From Patescibacteria group bacterium (GTDB taxonomy: Bacteria > Patescibacteriota > Patescibacteriia > UBA10025 > JAHIVO01): a stretch of DNA of 64,000 nucleotides. The stretch lies in contig JBAZWB010000001.1 in the NCBI GenBank assembly GCA_041660605.1, forward strand, positions 686,503 to 750,502. Direction: 5' to 3'. Positions within the stretch are counted from its first letter, which is position 1. Each line of letters starts with the position of its first letter. The notes beneath the pieces are model-generated. The model was given only the letters and a program-made list of their open reading frames with translations. It did no database searches and was not told the origin of the DNA. The translations under genes and the position numbers were made by a program. Positions 29,922 to 40,811 of this stretch are shown here, in pieces.

Positions 29922-32900
29922 TTGAGGCAAGCTTGTAAAATGTTAAAATTATTGGTATTATTTCTTTATATATTCAAATCAAAATATCAAATCATGAGGG
30001 AGATTAGCCAGAATTACAAAAAAGCCTACCTAAATATTATAGTAATAGTTGCCTATATATTTTTGACGCTAATTTTTACCGCGCCAGTTATATTTCAAAT
30101 AAATAGCCATATCGCCGGCTCGGATGACGCTTTCCAGGTGCTGAAAAATGTCAGGCTAAACTCTGAACAATACAGTATAACCAATATTAATGATATTGGT
30201 CATTTTATTAATCCCCTAAAAATAGGAAATATTTATTCTCATTTATTTATACTTGATAAAATATTCAGCGAGCCATTAGCCTATAACCTGTACTGGCTTC
30301 TATCATTTATTCTTTCAGCACTTGGCGCGTACTATCTGATTTATTATTTGATTAAAAACAGGACAGCGGCTTTCATTGCTGGATTTTTATATAGTTTTTC
30401 CGCAATACATTTTACCTTTTCTTTGGGATTTGGCCCGGCCACACACATAGAGTGGATACCGCTTTTTATACTATTCTTGTTAAAATACATAGAAAAACCT
30501 TCTCTAAAAAATATTCTATTAATAGTCTTTTTTTCGCTTTTTATAATTGAAAACGACCCTCATTTTGCCCTATATACCCTATTATTCAGTTTTATTTTAA
30601 TCGTATATTATCTCCTTAAAAAACCGGAAGTACTTAAAAATAAACGATTCCAATATTACTCGCTCGGATCTATTGTTTTAATCGTTTTTGCTTTTATTGT
30701 TTTTTTCGGCCCAATGATTAAAACTACACTTTCAGAAGATAATTACCTAAATCCGGGAATTGCGCAAACTGAATGGAATTCTGCGGATCTGGCAGGATTT
30801 TTTACTCCAAGCTCGTTGCAAGTATTTTGGGGAAAATTATCGGATTTCATAAATTACCAATTTACCGGTAATGCAGCTGAAAGAACCGTTTACATAGGTT
30901 TTATTGTTTTATTTTTAACAACAGTGGCTTTTATTTATAGAAAAGGCGAATATGGTTCGAAATTTATTTCCTTTTGGTTATTTAATGCGATTTTATTTTC
31001 AGTTCTTTCACTCGGTCCTTTTCTTCATTTACTTGGCGAAATAAATCCAAAGATACCCATGCCCTATCTTTTTCTATATCGTTACATTCCATTTTTTCAA
31101 AACATACGTGGCACTGGCAGAATTTTCATCATTGCCAGCCTAAGCTTCTCTATACTTGGTGCATATGGGATTAAGATACTTATTGAAAAATACGCCGATA
31201 AAATAAATTTGCGGGCGCTGATAATTGGCACTGTCTTTGTATTGGTGGCAATTGAGGCTTTTCTCATCATACCTACTTCAGCCGTGGCGCCTCCTGAATT
31301 TTATAAAAAATTAGCAACTGAGCAGGGGGATTTTAAAATAATCCAGCCCTTAATAACTACCACTTATCCGTATGCCACTATGGCCTTCTATTACAATTCA
31401 TACCATGATAAAAAATTTATTGGCAGTGATTTTTCTCACTTTGTCCGATCGCAGGCTGGAGACCTAAAATTCGAAAATGAAACGCCAATAATAACTGATC
31501 TTCTTAATTATCTGCCCTGGGGGGAAACTAAAATGAATTCCCGATTTATTAAACAAAATTTCAAAAGCATTGGCAATTATGTTTTAAGCAACGTAAATAA
31601 TATTAAATATTTGATATTGGATAAAAATACTATAAAAAATGGAGGTGGTTATTTCACTGATCAAAATTTCGCCTACTATAAAAAATATCTTGAAACAAAT
31701 CTCGATTGCTCAATTGCCTGGGACGACAAGGATCTGCTAGTTTATAAAATTAATCCAACCAACGCACAGCCCTTGACTCTGCAACGCGGAAAAAATTGGA
31801 GTCAGATAAATTATGACGTTTCTGACAATCAAGAAGGAAGCTGGATTACTAACGAAACGACATTACTACTGAATAATCATTCAAATTCAATTATCAATGC
31901 GGAAATAACGTTAACTATGTCTTCACCACTTCCGGATGTCGAAAAAATGTTCGAAAAAATAAACGTAAACTTAAATGATAAACTAAAAGGCAGCTATCTA
32001 ATTGGCCCCACGCAGAAAGAATACATGCTTTATTTCGACAATGTTTTACCCGGAGAAAATACAATAAAATTCACAGTTTTAAATGGTGACAACAACATTA
32101 CCGCCTCTAATGATCTTGAAAATGGTGAAACAATATACGAAAATACAGTATTAGTAAAAAATATATCCTACAGCCAAATCAATTCTATTGAAAAACCCAG
32201 CATTTATAATGCAATTGAGCAAGAACCTGGCGATTTCGGAATAATACAGATCCCAAAGCACTCAAATTACAGTTTTGATACAGAATTTTTTACAGATAAA
32301 AAAATAGGTTCCAAACAAATTGCCGAAAATGACTATTATGCTAATAAAATTTCAGGTGCTCCCACTCTCTTCAATTTCATTGATTACTCAAGATTGTATG
32401 GCCTATTTCCTTTGATGGCTAATCACATTAATTGGGATGAAATAAACACTAATTTTAATATTTATAATCAGAATTATTTTTACTCTCTCAGCTTAAACAT
32501 GCAGAAAAAATATAATGTCAGATACGTCGTGCTTGATAAAAATAAGCTTGGTAACGACGCAATCGAAAATTTCAGAACTTATTTTAAAAATATCGTTTGG
32601 GATTCTCGTGTCTCCTTTGAAAATAATGACTATTTGGTCTATCGCCTTGAACCATTTGATTTTAATCCAAACCTATTGGAAGTTAACTTAGGCGAAAACT
32701 GGGGACCTTTGCTTTGGGGGCAGAATAATCAACCGCCAGAATGTCGAACGCAGTGCCGGAATATCTATAATGATTCCGCTCTAAACATATTTAATTATAG
32801 TTCCCAAATTAGACCGGGTAAATTAAAATTTAATATTACGGGAAATGAAGACACGCCAATCTACTTGCATCCGATTTTAAATGAAAAAGCAGCTGATAAA

Positions 32901-33050
32901 ATACTTATTAATGAGCAAGATCAGTCTATTATTATAAATTTAGACGAGATCAAACCCGGATATAATAACTTGAAATTTTATTTTGAGGATTTTAACGGCG
33001 CACTAATCGAGGACGTCTTATCCATAAAAATCTACAATCTATCAATCTGA
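29922..33050 (+). CDS. Large multi-TM GT-C/YfhO-like protein with a duplicated C-terminal soluble domain (start probably ATG 29994, MREISQ)
   Basis: GSDDA, AYNL, AAFIAGFLYSFS, ERTVYIG, LSLGP, PFFQNIRGTGR; internal repeat of about 300 aa. Confidence 0.8.
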   Translation: MRQACKMLKLLVLFLYIFKSKYQIMREISQNYKKAYLNIIVIVAYIFLTLIFTAPVIFQINSHIAGSDDAFQVLKNVRLNSEQYSITNINDIGHFINPLKIGNIYSHLFILDKIFSEPLAYNLYWLLSFILSALGAYYLIYYLIKNRTAAFIAGFLYSFSAIHFTFSLGFGPATHIEWIPLFILFLLKYIEKPSLKNILLIVFFSLFIIENDPHFALYTLLFSFILIVYYLLKKPEVLKNKRFQYYSLGSIVLIVFAFIVFFGPMIKTTLSEDNYLNPGIAQTEWNSADLAGFFTPSSLQVFWGKLSDFINYQFTGNAAERTVYIGFIVLFLTTVAFIYRKGEYGSKFISFWLFNAILFSVLSLGPFLHLLGEINPKIPMPYLFLYRYIPFFQNIRGTGRIFIIASLSFSILGAYGIKILIEKYADKINLRALIIGTVFVLVAIEAFLIIPTSAVAPPEFYKKLATEQGDFKIIQPLITTTYPYATMAFYYNSYHDKKFIGSDFSHFVRSQAGDLKFENETPIITDLLNYLPWGETKMNSRFIKQNFKSIGNYVLSNVNNIKYLILDKNTIKNGGGYFTDQNFAYYKKYLETNLDCSIAWDDKDLLVYKINPTNAQPLTLQRGKNWSQINYDVSDNQEGSWITNETTLLLNNHSNSIINAEITLTMSSPLPDVEKMFEKINVNLNDKLKGSYLIGPTQKEYMLYFDNVLPGENTIKFTVLNGDNNITASNDLENGETIYENTVLVKNISYSQINSIEKPSIYNAIEQEPGDFGIIQIPKHSNYSFDTEFFTDKKIGSKQIAENDYYANKISGAPTLFNFIDYSRLYGLFPLMANHINWDEINTNFNIYNQNYFYSLSLNMQKKYNVRYVVLDKNKLGNDAIENFRTYFKNIVWDSRVSFENNDYLVYRLEPFDFNPNLLEVNLGENWGPLLWGQNNQPPECRTQCRNIYNDSALNIFNYSSQIRPGKLKFNITGNEDTPIYLHPILNEKAADKILINEQDQSIIINLDEIKPGYNNLKFYFEDFNGALIEDVLSIKIYNLSI

Positions 33051-33087
33051 TAAACAAGAAAAATTAACTAAAAACAACTCATAAGGC

Positions 33088-33116
33088 TGGACAAAATCGG
33101 GCTTTTTTAATATAAT
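33088..33116 (+). promoter_or_regulatory. sigma70-type promoter
   Basis: TGGACA-17-TATAAT upstream of the 33161 GT operon. Confidence 0.65.
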
Positions 33117-33160
33117 TTAGATACTTTTTAAGCCATTAGCCTAGAATTAAACGAATTTAA

Positions 33161-34087
33161 ATGAAAATTATCGTATTTCTGCCTTGCTATAACGAAGAAA
33201 AAACAATTTCCAAAGTGATTGACGATTTCAAGAAAGAACTGCCGGAAGCGGAAATTGTAGTCTTTGATAATAATTCCTCGGATCAATCCGTAAATATCGC
33301 CAGAAGTAAAGGCGCGACTATTTATGTTGAAAAAAAACGGGGAAAGGGCAATGTCGTTAAATCCGCGTTTAATAAATTACAGGCGGATATTTACATTATG
33401 GCAGACGCTGATGATACCTATCCGGCCGATGAAGTGCATAAATTATTAAAACCGATATTAGACGGTCAGGCTGATATGACAGTTGGCACGCGCCTAGAAA
33501 ACGCCAATGCCAAAGAATTGCGCAAGCTCCATAAATTTGGTAATAAATTTATTTTATTCATTTTAAATACCGTTTTTCGTTCAAAATTCAAAGATATACT
33601 TTCCGGCTATCGAGTTATGAATAAGGATTTCGTCAAAGGTATTCCTCTTTTATCAGAAGGCTTTGAAATAGAAACAGAAATAACATTACAAGCATTGGAA
33701 CGAGGCTATAGAGTTTTAGAAATCCCAACAAAATACCGTGAGCGTCCGATCGGTAGCTTTTCAAAAATTGAAACCTTCAAAGATGGTTTTAAAATTGTTT
33801 TCACGATTATTTCAATACTCAGGGATTACCGGCCGATTGTTTTTTTTATGTCTATTTCAGTCATACTCCTGGTATTAGGGCTTTTATCAGGAGGGACTGT
33901 ACTTATTGAATACATTCAAACGAAATTTGTCACCCGCATCCCGCTGGCGATATTGTCAACTTTGCTGATAATCTTAAGTTTTATTTCATTCATGACCGGA
34001 TTTATTGTTTCGGCTATCAACAGGAGATTTGAAGAGATGAATATCCAGATAAAAAAATCCCTATATAAAGAAGAGGAGCAAAAATGA
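33161..34087 (+). CDS. GT2 glycosyltransferase (DPM/GtrB-like, two C-terminal TMs)
   Basis: LPCYNEE, DNNSSD, GKG, DADDTY, SGYR, FEIETE. Confidence 0.9.
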   Translation: MKIIVFLPCYNEEKTISKVIDDFKKELPEAEIVVFDNNSSDQSVNIARSKGATIYVEKKRGKGNVVKSAFNKLQADIYIMADADDTYPADEVHKLLKPILDGQADMTVGTRLENANAKELRKLHKFGNKFILFILNTVFRSKFKDILSGYRVMNKDFVKGIPLLSEGFEIETEITLQALERGYRVLEIPTKYRERPIGSFSKIETFKDGFKIVFTIISILRDYRPIVFFMSISVILLVLGLLSGGTVLIEYIQTKFVTRIPLAILSTLLIILSFISFMTGFIVSAINRRFEEMNIQIKKSLYKEEEQK

Positions 34088-35244
34088 TAATTGCTTTTGT
34101 TTCAGACGCAATTTATCCTTATAACAAAGGGGGTAAGGAAAAAAGACTATATGAAATTTCCAGACGATTGGCCGTATATGGGCATAAAGTCGTAATTTTT
34201 ACCATGAAATGGTGGTCTGGACCCGATGAAATTACTGAAAATGGCGTGACTCTCAAAAGCGTCGGTAAATCAGTTAACCTTTATACCAACGAACGCCGCA
34301 GGTCTTTATCAGAAGCGTTTCTTTTTGGCATTAAAGTTTTTTTGCCCGTGTTAAGATTTAAATACGATTTATTAATCGTTGATCATATCCCCTATTTTCA
34401 ATTATTCAGCCTGAAAATCGTTTCATTGTTAAAAAGAAAAAAGCTACTGGCAGACTGGCATGAAGTCTGGGGTAAAAAAAATTGGCAGGAATATCTTGGC
34501 AAGCTGAAAGGATTGTTTGCCTATTATATTGAATATTGGTCAACAAAAATGCCAAATGTAATATTTTCCATCTCTGATTTCACTACCCGTAGATTGAAAA
34601 ACGAATTCGGCGTTTCACCAAATAAAATCAATACCGTCAGTTGCGGAATTGATTTGGCTCAAATAAGCCTGGCGAATAAAAAAACGGAATATACCAGTGA
34701 TTGCATTTTTGCCGGACGGCTATTAAATCACAAAAAAGTTGATGTTTTAATTAAATCTATTGATATAATTAAAAATAAATACAAATCGGATATTAAATGC
34801 ATTATAATTGGCGATGGCCCGGAAAAAAAATATTTGGTACAACAGGCTGACGAATCCGGCCTAAAAGAAAATATCCTCTTCAAGGGATTCCTCGCGGACC
34901 ACAACGAAGTATATTCATATTTCAAATCTTCAAAGCTTTTTGTTTTTCCGTCCATCAGAGAAGGTTTTGGCCTAGTGGTTCCGGAAGCCAACGCCTGCGG
35001 ACTGCCGGTGATTGCCGTAAGAAGCGATTTTAGCGCTTCAATCGACCTGATCCATGACAATCAAAACGGCTTTTTACTTAATCTTTCAGAAAACGAAATT
35101 GCGGATAAAATCATTGAAATATTCAAAGACCAGAAAAAATTAACCGCCTTTTCGGAAAATTCCATTAAATTTTCCCAAAATTTTTCCTGGGACCTCATTG
35201 TAAAAAAAATGGAAAACATTTATAAACAAATATATTCCAGCTAA
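34084..35244 (+). CDS. GT4 glycosyltransferase
   Basis: YPYNKGGKEKR, DWHEVWG, EGFGLVVPEANACG. Confidence 0.92.
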   Translation: MIIAFVSDAIYPYNKGGKEKRLYEISRRLAVYGHKVVIFTMKWWSGPDEITENGVTLKSVGKSVNLYTNERRRSLSEAFLFGIKVFLPVLRFKYDLLIVDHIPYFQLFSLKIVSLLKRKKLLADWHEVWGKKNWQEYLGKLKGLFAYYIEYWSTKMPNVIFSISDFTTRRLKNEFGVSPNKINTVSCGIDLAQISLANKKTEYTSDCIFAGRLLNHKKVDVLIKSIDIIKNKYKSDIKCIIIGDGPEKKYLVQQADESGLKENILFKGFLADHNEVYSYFKSSKLFVFPSIREGFGLVVPEANACGLPVIAVRSDFSASIDLIHDNQNGFLLNLSENEIADKIIEIFKDQKKLTAFSENSIKFSQNFSWDLIVKKMENIYKQIYSS

Positions 35245-35251
35245 ATATAAT

Positions 35252-36367
35252 ATGAAAAATATTTTGATTGTCGCCCCATATTACTATCTGGAAGGCGGAG
35301 GCCTGGAAAATTACGCGCATCAGGTGGCCAAAGGACTCCAGAAGCTTGGCCATAAAGTCATTGTCTTATGTTTGACAAAAGACATAAGCAAAACTGAAAT
35401 TATTGATGCAGTGGAAATTATCCGGAAAAAGCCTGATTTTATAATTTCCAACACACCGATAAAATTGAATTTCATTTTCGATATTTTTAAAATAATAAAT
35501 AAATATAAAATTGAATTGGTGCATGCGCATACGCCCGTGCCTTACGCCGCGGATATGGCTGCCTTGGCTGCTAATCTGAAAAAAATTCCATTTATACTCA
35601 CCTACCATTCCAACACGTTATTTAAAGGAAAATCTTTGACAGATATAATCGCCGCTTTTTACCTCCCAATCCAATACTTAACCCTGAAAAGCGCAAAACA
35701 AATCGTTTTCGTGTATCGGAATATCGGGCCAAAATTTAATAAGTGGAAAAACAAAAATCTGGCCATCCCACCAGGCGTTGATACTGAACAATTCAGATTT
35801 TCAGAATACCCAAAAAGCCAGCAAAATATCCTGTTTATTTCACCCTTGAGCAAGGCCTATCCCTCAAAGGGTGTCAAAGTACTATTTCATGCGCTAGACC
35901 TCTTAAAACCGCAATTAAGTAGCTTTAAAGTGCATATAGCGGGTTCAGGAGACATGGAAGATTATTACAAACAATACGCAAAATCTCTTGATTTAGCCAG
36001 CAACGTGGAATTCCTCGGAAAACGCCAATATTCTGATATGCCGGCGCAATACCAGCGTTCTAATATACTAGTTGTCCCCTCGCTTAAAGCAGAAGGCAGC
36101 CCGACAGTTATTATTGAAGCAATGGCTTCCGGCCGTCCGGTTATCGGTACAAATATCGGCGGCATTCCTGAAATGATCAAGGACAATATTACCGGTCTTA
36201 TTATTAAACCAAATGATCCGCAAAATCTGGCACAAGCCATACTTCGTCTGTTAAAAAATTCCAATCTGGCCGCTGAAATGGGTCGAGCCGGCAGAAAAAT
36301 TGCCGAAGACCGGTATTCCTGGGAAAAAATAGTCAAACAATATGACCAGCTTATACAAAGTATTTAA
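35252..36367 (+). CDS. GT4 glycosyltransferase
   Basis: GGLE, HAHTP, LTYH, EGSPTVIIEAMASG. Confidence 0.92.
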   Translation: MKNILIVAPYYYLEGGGLENYAHQVAKGLQKLGHKVIVLCLTKDISKTEIIDAVEIIRKKPDFIISNTPIKLNFIFDIFKIINKYKIELVHAHTPVPYAADMAALAANLKKIPFILTYHSNTLFKGKSLTDIIAAFYLPIQYLTLKSAKQIVFVYRNIGPKFNKWKNKNLAIPPGVDTEQFRFSEYPKSQQNILFISPLSKAYPSKGVKVLFHALDLLKPQLSSFKVHIAGSGDMEDYYKQYAKSLDLASNVEFLGKRQYSDMPAQYQRSNILVVPSLKAEGSPTVIIEAMASGRPVIGTNIGGIPEMIKDNITGLIIKPNDPQNLAQAILRLLKNSNLAAEMGRAGRKIAEDRYSWEKIVKQYDQLIQSI

Positions 36368-37952
36368 TAATAAATCCCTTTACTCAATAATTCTAATTAT
36401 TTTAGTGATTTTTCTTTTTATCTTTTATTTTTACGGATTTTTTAAATATAACTATACCGTGGCTCCGGGCGATGATAATATCCGCCATATGACAGAGGCA
36501 AATTATATAATTAATAACGGAACGTTTATTGCGCATGCCGGCAGTTTTGATCCGCCGCTTTTTCATATTTTGCTTGCTTCCTTGTCTTTGATTTCCGGAT
36601 TAAGCATTGATCTAACCACAAAAATATTTGCTCCTCTGCTGGCCATTTTATCTACTCTCTCTATTTACTTTGTATCCAGAAGGCTGTTTGGTTCCCGCTA
36701 CTTATCATTAATCATACTGGCGCTATTAATTTTCTTGTCTCCACAGCCGTACCAGATTTATAATGACGGCACATATTTAAATCTATTTGGGGCTGGTTTT
36801 CTTCTGATTTTTTCTCTGTCGTTCCTGCCTCCGTTGCTGGAAAATGATAAAATTAATTTAAAAACCATCCTTCCGTTTTTTATTTTTTCTGCCGCGCTTT
36901 TGCTTTCCCATTCACTTTCCGCGACGTATTTTATTTTGATACTGGCCGTTTATACTATCATACTTCTGTTTAAATACCGTAAACTTTTATTTAAGAAACC
37001 GAACTATCTGACTGCCCTGTTTTTCCTGGGAGTACTTATCCTGCCATTTACCTGGAAATTTTACCTGAATGATTCTTTCCAGAAAATCCTTTCTACTTTC
37101 GGCCTTAGGCAGATAAGCAGTACCAATATTTTAAGCCTGGATTTTTCTACCATAAATTCCATACCAAATTTTGACACATATAAATGGCTGCTTAATTATC
37201 TGCCAATAATTTTAGCGACATTCGGCTTGTTATTTCTCTTTAAAATATTCAAAGGAAAAACACATGAAAATTGGCTCATCATTTCCTGGTTTACCGCCCT
37301 GTTTATCGGCTCCCGCGTGAATTTTTTCCAGCTGCCAGAGCGTTTTGCCAGGGATATGGCGGTGGTCGTCACCATTCTTTCAGGAGTGTTTATTTATAAA
37401 TTATTCAGAGAAAACAACAGAATTTATAAATTCGTGATAATAGTTATTTTTTCCATGCTGGTAATTCTTTACGTACCAGCAAAAACCAACACTGCCACGC
37501 AATACGACAGCATGGTCAGAGTGCAATCTTCCGATGAAAAAGCCATGCGGTGGATCAAAGAAAATACTCAGCCAGACGCCATAATAATGGGCATGCCGCG
37601 AACAATCGTGGCTGGCGATTGGGGGAGCTATATTAATATTATCACCGGCAGAACGACAATAGACGGCACCCTATGCCCCGAAGAAGACAGGGCCTGCGAT
37701 CACCTATATAATCCCCTTTCCACGAATTCAATAAAATATTACTTGGTGAATAAAATTGATTATATCTATGACGGAAAACCCATGGTTGGCAGTTTTATTT
37801 CCAAGAATACCATTGATTGGAGCTATAAAGATGGATTTAAAAAAACTCCCTTTTTGCAAAAGGTATCTGAATTTCCCGAAAGTAAATTATTGGGCAGCGT
37901 GGTGATCTATAAAATTGACCGCGATAAGTTAACGGCGCTAATAGAAGAATAA
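36342..37952 (+). CDS. Multi-TM GT-C-like membrane protein
   Basis: PGDDNIRH, DPPLFH, many TMs, ERF, AMRWIKENT C-terminal domain. Confidence 0.75.
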   Translation: MTSLYKVFNNKSLYSIILIILVIFLFIFYFYGFFKYNYTVAPGDDNIRHMTEANYIINNGTFIAHAGSFDPPLFHILLASLSLISGLSIDLTTKIFAPLLAILSTLSIYFVSRRLFGSRYLSLIILALLIFLSPQPYQIYNDGTYLNLFGAGFLLIFSLSFLPPLLENDKINLKTILPFFIFSAALLLSHSLSATYFILILAVYTIILLFKYRKLLFKKPNYLTALFFLGVLILPFTWKFYLNDSFQKILSTFGLRQISSTNILSLDFSTINSIPNFDTYKWLLNYLPIILATFGLLFLFKIFKGKTHENWLIISWFTALFIGSRVNFFQLPERFARDMAVVVTILSGVFIYKLFRENNRIYKFVIIVIFSMLVILYVPAKTNTATQYDSMVRVQSSDEKAMRWIKENTQPDAIIMGMPRTIVAGDWGSYINIITGRTTIDGTLCPEEDRACDHLYNPLSTNSIKYYLVNKIDYIYDGKPMVGSFISKNTIDWSYKDGFKKTPFLQKVSEFPESKLLGSVVIYKIDRDKLTALIEE

Positions 37953-37963
37953 AATTTTAATGC

Positions 37964-39007
37964 TCACAACAACCCGTTGATTATCACTGAAATTTTTTTG
38001 TAATTGACCTTAACGGAGTAATTATTCAGTACGGCTTCCCGGGCTCTGACGCCCAGGTCGGCTCTTTTTTCTTTATCCTGAATTAATTGCGATAATGCTT
38101 TCAGCCATTCATCATCGGTTCTGGCTAAAATTCCTGCCCCCGGCTGAATAACGTCTATATTTGCTCCTACAGGAGAAGCGACAACTGCCAGGCCGCAAGA
38201 CATATATTGGATGGCTTTAAAAGCGCACTTACCCCGGGCCCATTCAGTGTCATCCAGAGGCATAATGCCGATATCAAACTTCTGTATATCCGTGGCTTCA
38301 TTTTCCGCGCTCCAGGGGATGAAATTATAGGCTATGCCTAATTCAAAATCCGGCCGTTGATCGCAGACTATCGCCAGTCTGACTTTATTTCCGTAAATAC
38401 TTTTTAATTTTAAAAAAACCGGCTGTAATCTTTTCAAGTATTTAAGATTGGAATAAGTCCCTATCCAGCCGATAGTCAGGAAACCGTCTTCTGCTGATTT
38501 AATAACCGGCTGATAAATATCCGTATCAATAGGCGTTGGAACAATAGTAACGTTCTGGCAGAATTTACCGGAATAGCTGGAAATATAATCATTACCGGCA
38601 ATTATTTGACGTGAAATCCTCAACACTGCATCAACCGGATTTGCCTTTTTATCCGCATAATTCAACCAGATGGCGTCATCCAGGTCAAAAATAATTTTTT
38701 TGCCCAAGTTCCTGATTATTTTTTCCGGCCAAGGGGAAATATGCCTGACTATCGAGCGCTGAATGAAAATCAGATCATAAAAAGGCGCCAGCAATATTGA
38801 AAAAAACTTCAAAAAAACTATTTGCCCGTATAAAAAATATTTTAGCACTCCATAATTCTCTGGGTGTTTATTGCTCCATAAAAGCGGATAAAAATGGACC
38901 TTGAGCCCGTCATTCTGCAAATACGGCAAATACTGCTGCACCCGGAATCGCGAGGCACCTTCGTTTTTGCCCATGGTAATGAATAAAATTGATGGCTGTT
39001 TTTTCAT
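37964..39007 (-). CDS. GT4 glycosyltransferase
   Basis: ASRFRV, FDLDDAIW, IGWIGT, GKCAFKAIQYMSCG. Confidence 0.9.
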   Translation of the reverse strand: MKKQPSILFITMGKNEGASRFRVQQYLPYLQNDGLKVHFYPLLWSNKHPENYGVLKYFLYGQIVFLKFFSILLAPFYDLIFIQRSIVRHISPWPEKIIRNLGKKIIFDLDDAIWLNYADKKANPVDAVLRISRQIIAGNDYISSYSGKFCQNVTIVPTPIDTDIYQPVIKSAEDGFLTIGWIGTYSNLKYLKRLQPVFLKLKSIYGNKVRLAIVCDQRPDFELGIAYNFIPWSAENEATDIQKFDIGIMPLDDTEWARGKCAFKAIQYMSCGLAVVASPVGANIDVIQPGAGILARTDDEWLKALSQLIQDKEKRADLGVRAREAVLNNYSVKVNYKKISVIINGLL

Positions 39008-39010
39008 GCT

Positions 39011-40465
39011 TTATATTTTTTGTAATTCATCTGCCTTTTCCTGCTTTTTCATCAAGCTACGGTAAAACGATATTTCCTGCCTAGTAATTCCGCCAGTAAT
39101 TAGCAGTAAAACGAAATAAATAACAATGCCGCCAAACAGAATCAGCAGTATATTCATGTTTCTAAAAACGTACAAAAAAATACCCATGCCAATCGCGGCT
39201 AAGACAGGCTTGAGCAAGTATGGAGTAAACTTCACACTGACTATTTTTCGGAATTTAAAATACATATAGAACAAAAGCACCAATGCCGTTACCAGCGTAG
39301 CCGCGGCTGAACCGTTTAAACTATAAAACGGTATTAAGATCAGATTCAGGATCAAATTAACGGCCGCACCCAGACCGACCCCTTTGGCATATGTTTTTTG
39401 CCGGTCGCAGGCCTGCAAGGAATTGCCATAAACGGTATTCAGGTAAGTTACCGCCGCGCCCCACATTAGGATCTGGAAAGCCAGTCCTCCACCGGAAAAA
39501 TCCTCGCCAAATATAAATACCAAAAGCTTAGGCCCGATGATCGTTACGCCGAACCCCAAAGGCACGGCAATGATAATCATCAGCTTGCTGAAATTTCCCA
39601 GCAACAGCTTCAGCCTGGCAACAGACTCTTTATACAACTTTGAAATTACCGGAAAAAATACTCCCACAAATACATTGGCAAAAAGCAAAACAAAAAAAAC
39701 AATTTTATATCCGGCATTGTACCAGCCGACTTCCTTGTCCCCGCTTAACAAGCCAAGCAGAAATGAATCCATAAAATAGTAAATATTCACGAAAACCAGG
39801 CTCAGGGTGAAAGGCCAGGATTGCTTAATTAAATACTGCCAAAACTTATAATCAAAGCTGAAAGATATTTTGACGAAATATTTATGCAAAACTATCAGCG
39901 AATATATAAGGGCTGCGAATGATGCAAATACGTAAACCCAGCCGAAATAAACCAGATCAAGCGTTTTCCAGGTTACCAGCAATCCGCCGCCGAACAAAAT
40001 GATTGAATATAACACCTTGCTGATCGCCTCGAAATTCATTTTTTCCTGCGATCGGTAAATTGCTACGCAAGCTTGGGTTAAATTATAAATTACCATATAA
40101 ATAGCAGTCAGCATTACCAGATAAACGACTACGGCTCCCTTATGGCTGATGGCGGCTATTAAAAACATCAAGCCAATGTAAAATACGCTCAAGACCAGCC
40201 TGAGGCTGAAGATGGCGCTGAAATACTTTTTTGACAGTTCTATGTGCCTGGAAACCTCGCGAATGGTGAAAACTCCCAGGCCGAAATCTATCAGTACGGC
40301 GAACAGGGTGGAAGCGCTCAGAGCGAAAGAAATCTGGCCGTATTTTTCCGCACCCAGGTATTTTGCCACCAAAACCGTGAATAGATAAAGCAGGACCGAG
40401 TTGATCACCTCGGAAACGCTCAGCCAGACGACATTTTTGAAAATAACCTTATGAACAACGGGCAT
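39011..40465 (-). CDS. Wzx flippase
   Basis: KYLGAEKYG, DFGL, DSFLLG...EVGWYNAGYK, LNLILIPFYSLNGSAAAT. Confidence 0.92.
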   Translation of the reverse strand: MPVVHKVIFKNVVWLSVSEVINSVLLYLFTVLVAKYLGAEKYGQISFALSASTLFAVLIDFGLGVFTIREVSRHIELSKKYFSAIFSLRLVLSVFYIGLMFLIAAISHKGAVVVYLVMLTAIYMVIYNLTQACVAIYRSQEKMNFEAISKVLYSIILFGGGLLVTWKTLDLVYFGWVYVFASFAALIYSLIVLHKYFVKISFSFDYKFWQYLIKQSWPFTLSLVFVNIYYFMDSFLLGLLSGDKEVGWYNAGYKIVFFVLLFANVFVGVFFPVISKLYKESVARLKLLLGNFSKLMIIIAVPLGFGVTIIGPKLLVFIFGEDFSGGGLAFQILMWGAAVTYLNTVYGNSLQACDRQKTYAKGVGLGAAVNLILNLILIPFYSLNGSAAATLVTALVLLFYMYFKFRKIVSVKFTPYLLKPVLAAIGMGIFLYVFRNMNILLILFGGIVIYFVLLLITGGITRQEISFYRSLMKKQEKADELQKI

Positions 40466-40466
40466 T

Positions 40467-40805
40467 TTATTCCTTCTGATTTTGCTTAGTCCTTATTTTT
40501 CTGAAAATCAAAAAAACAATTTCCAAAATAATTAAAATACCCAGAACTATAGCAATGTTTATCTGCGTTATTTTAATACCGATTTTATTCAAAAAAAATA
40601 AAATCAGCGGCACTACAGACACCGAAAAAGCAAATGACAGCAAAACTCGCTCCAGCCAGTTCAGACTAGCACCCGTTTTTCCAATAATTTCGGCAGTACT
40701 GTCTTTTTTATTCATCGGAAAAAAAACGTAGGTCATCAACAAGCCCGGCACAAATAGTACTCCAAGAAATCCTAAAATAACTTGTAATACCGAAAAATCA
40801 TTCAT
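40467..40805 (-). CDS. Small membrane protein (DUF1616 N-terminal-like)
   Basis: LFVPG...FFP...LERVLLSFAFSVSVVP pattern. Confidence 0.7.
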   Translation of the reverse strand: MNDFSVLQVILGFLGVLFVPGLLMTYVFFPMNKKDSTAEIIGKTGASLNWLERVLLSFAFSVSVVPLILFFLNKIGIKITQINIAIVLGILIILEIVFLIFRKIRTKQNQKE

Positions 40806-40811
40806 AGTATT

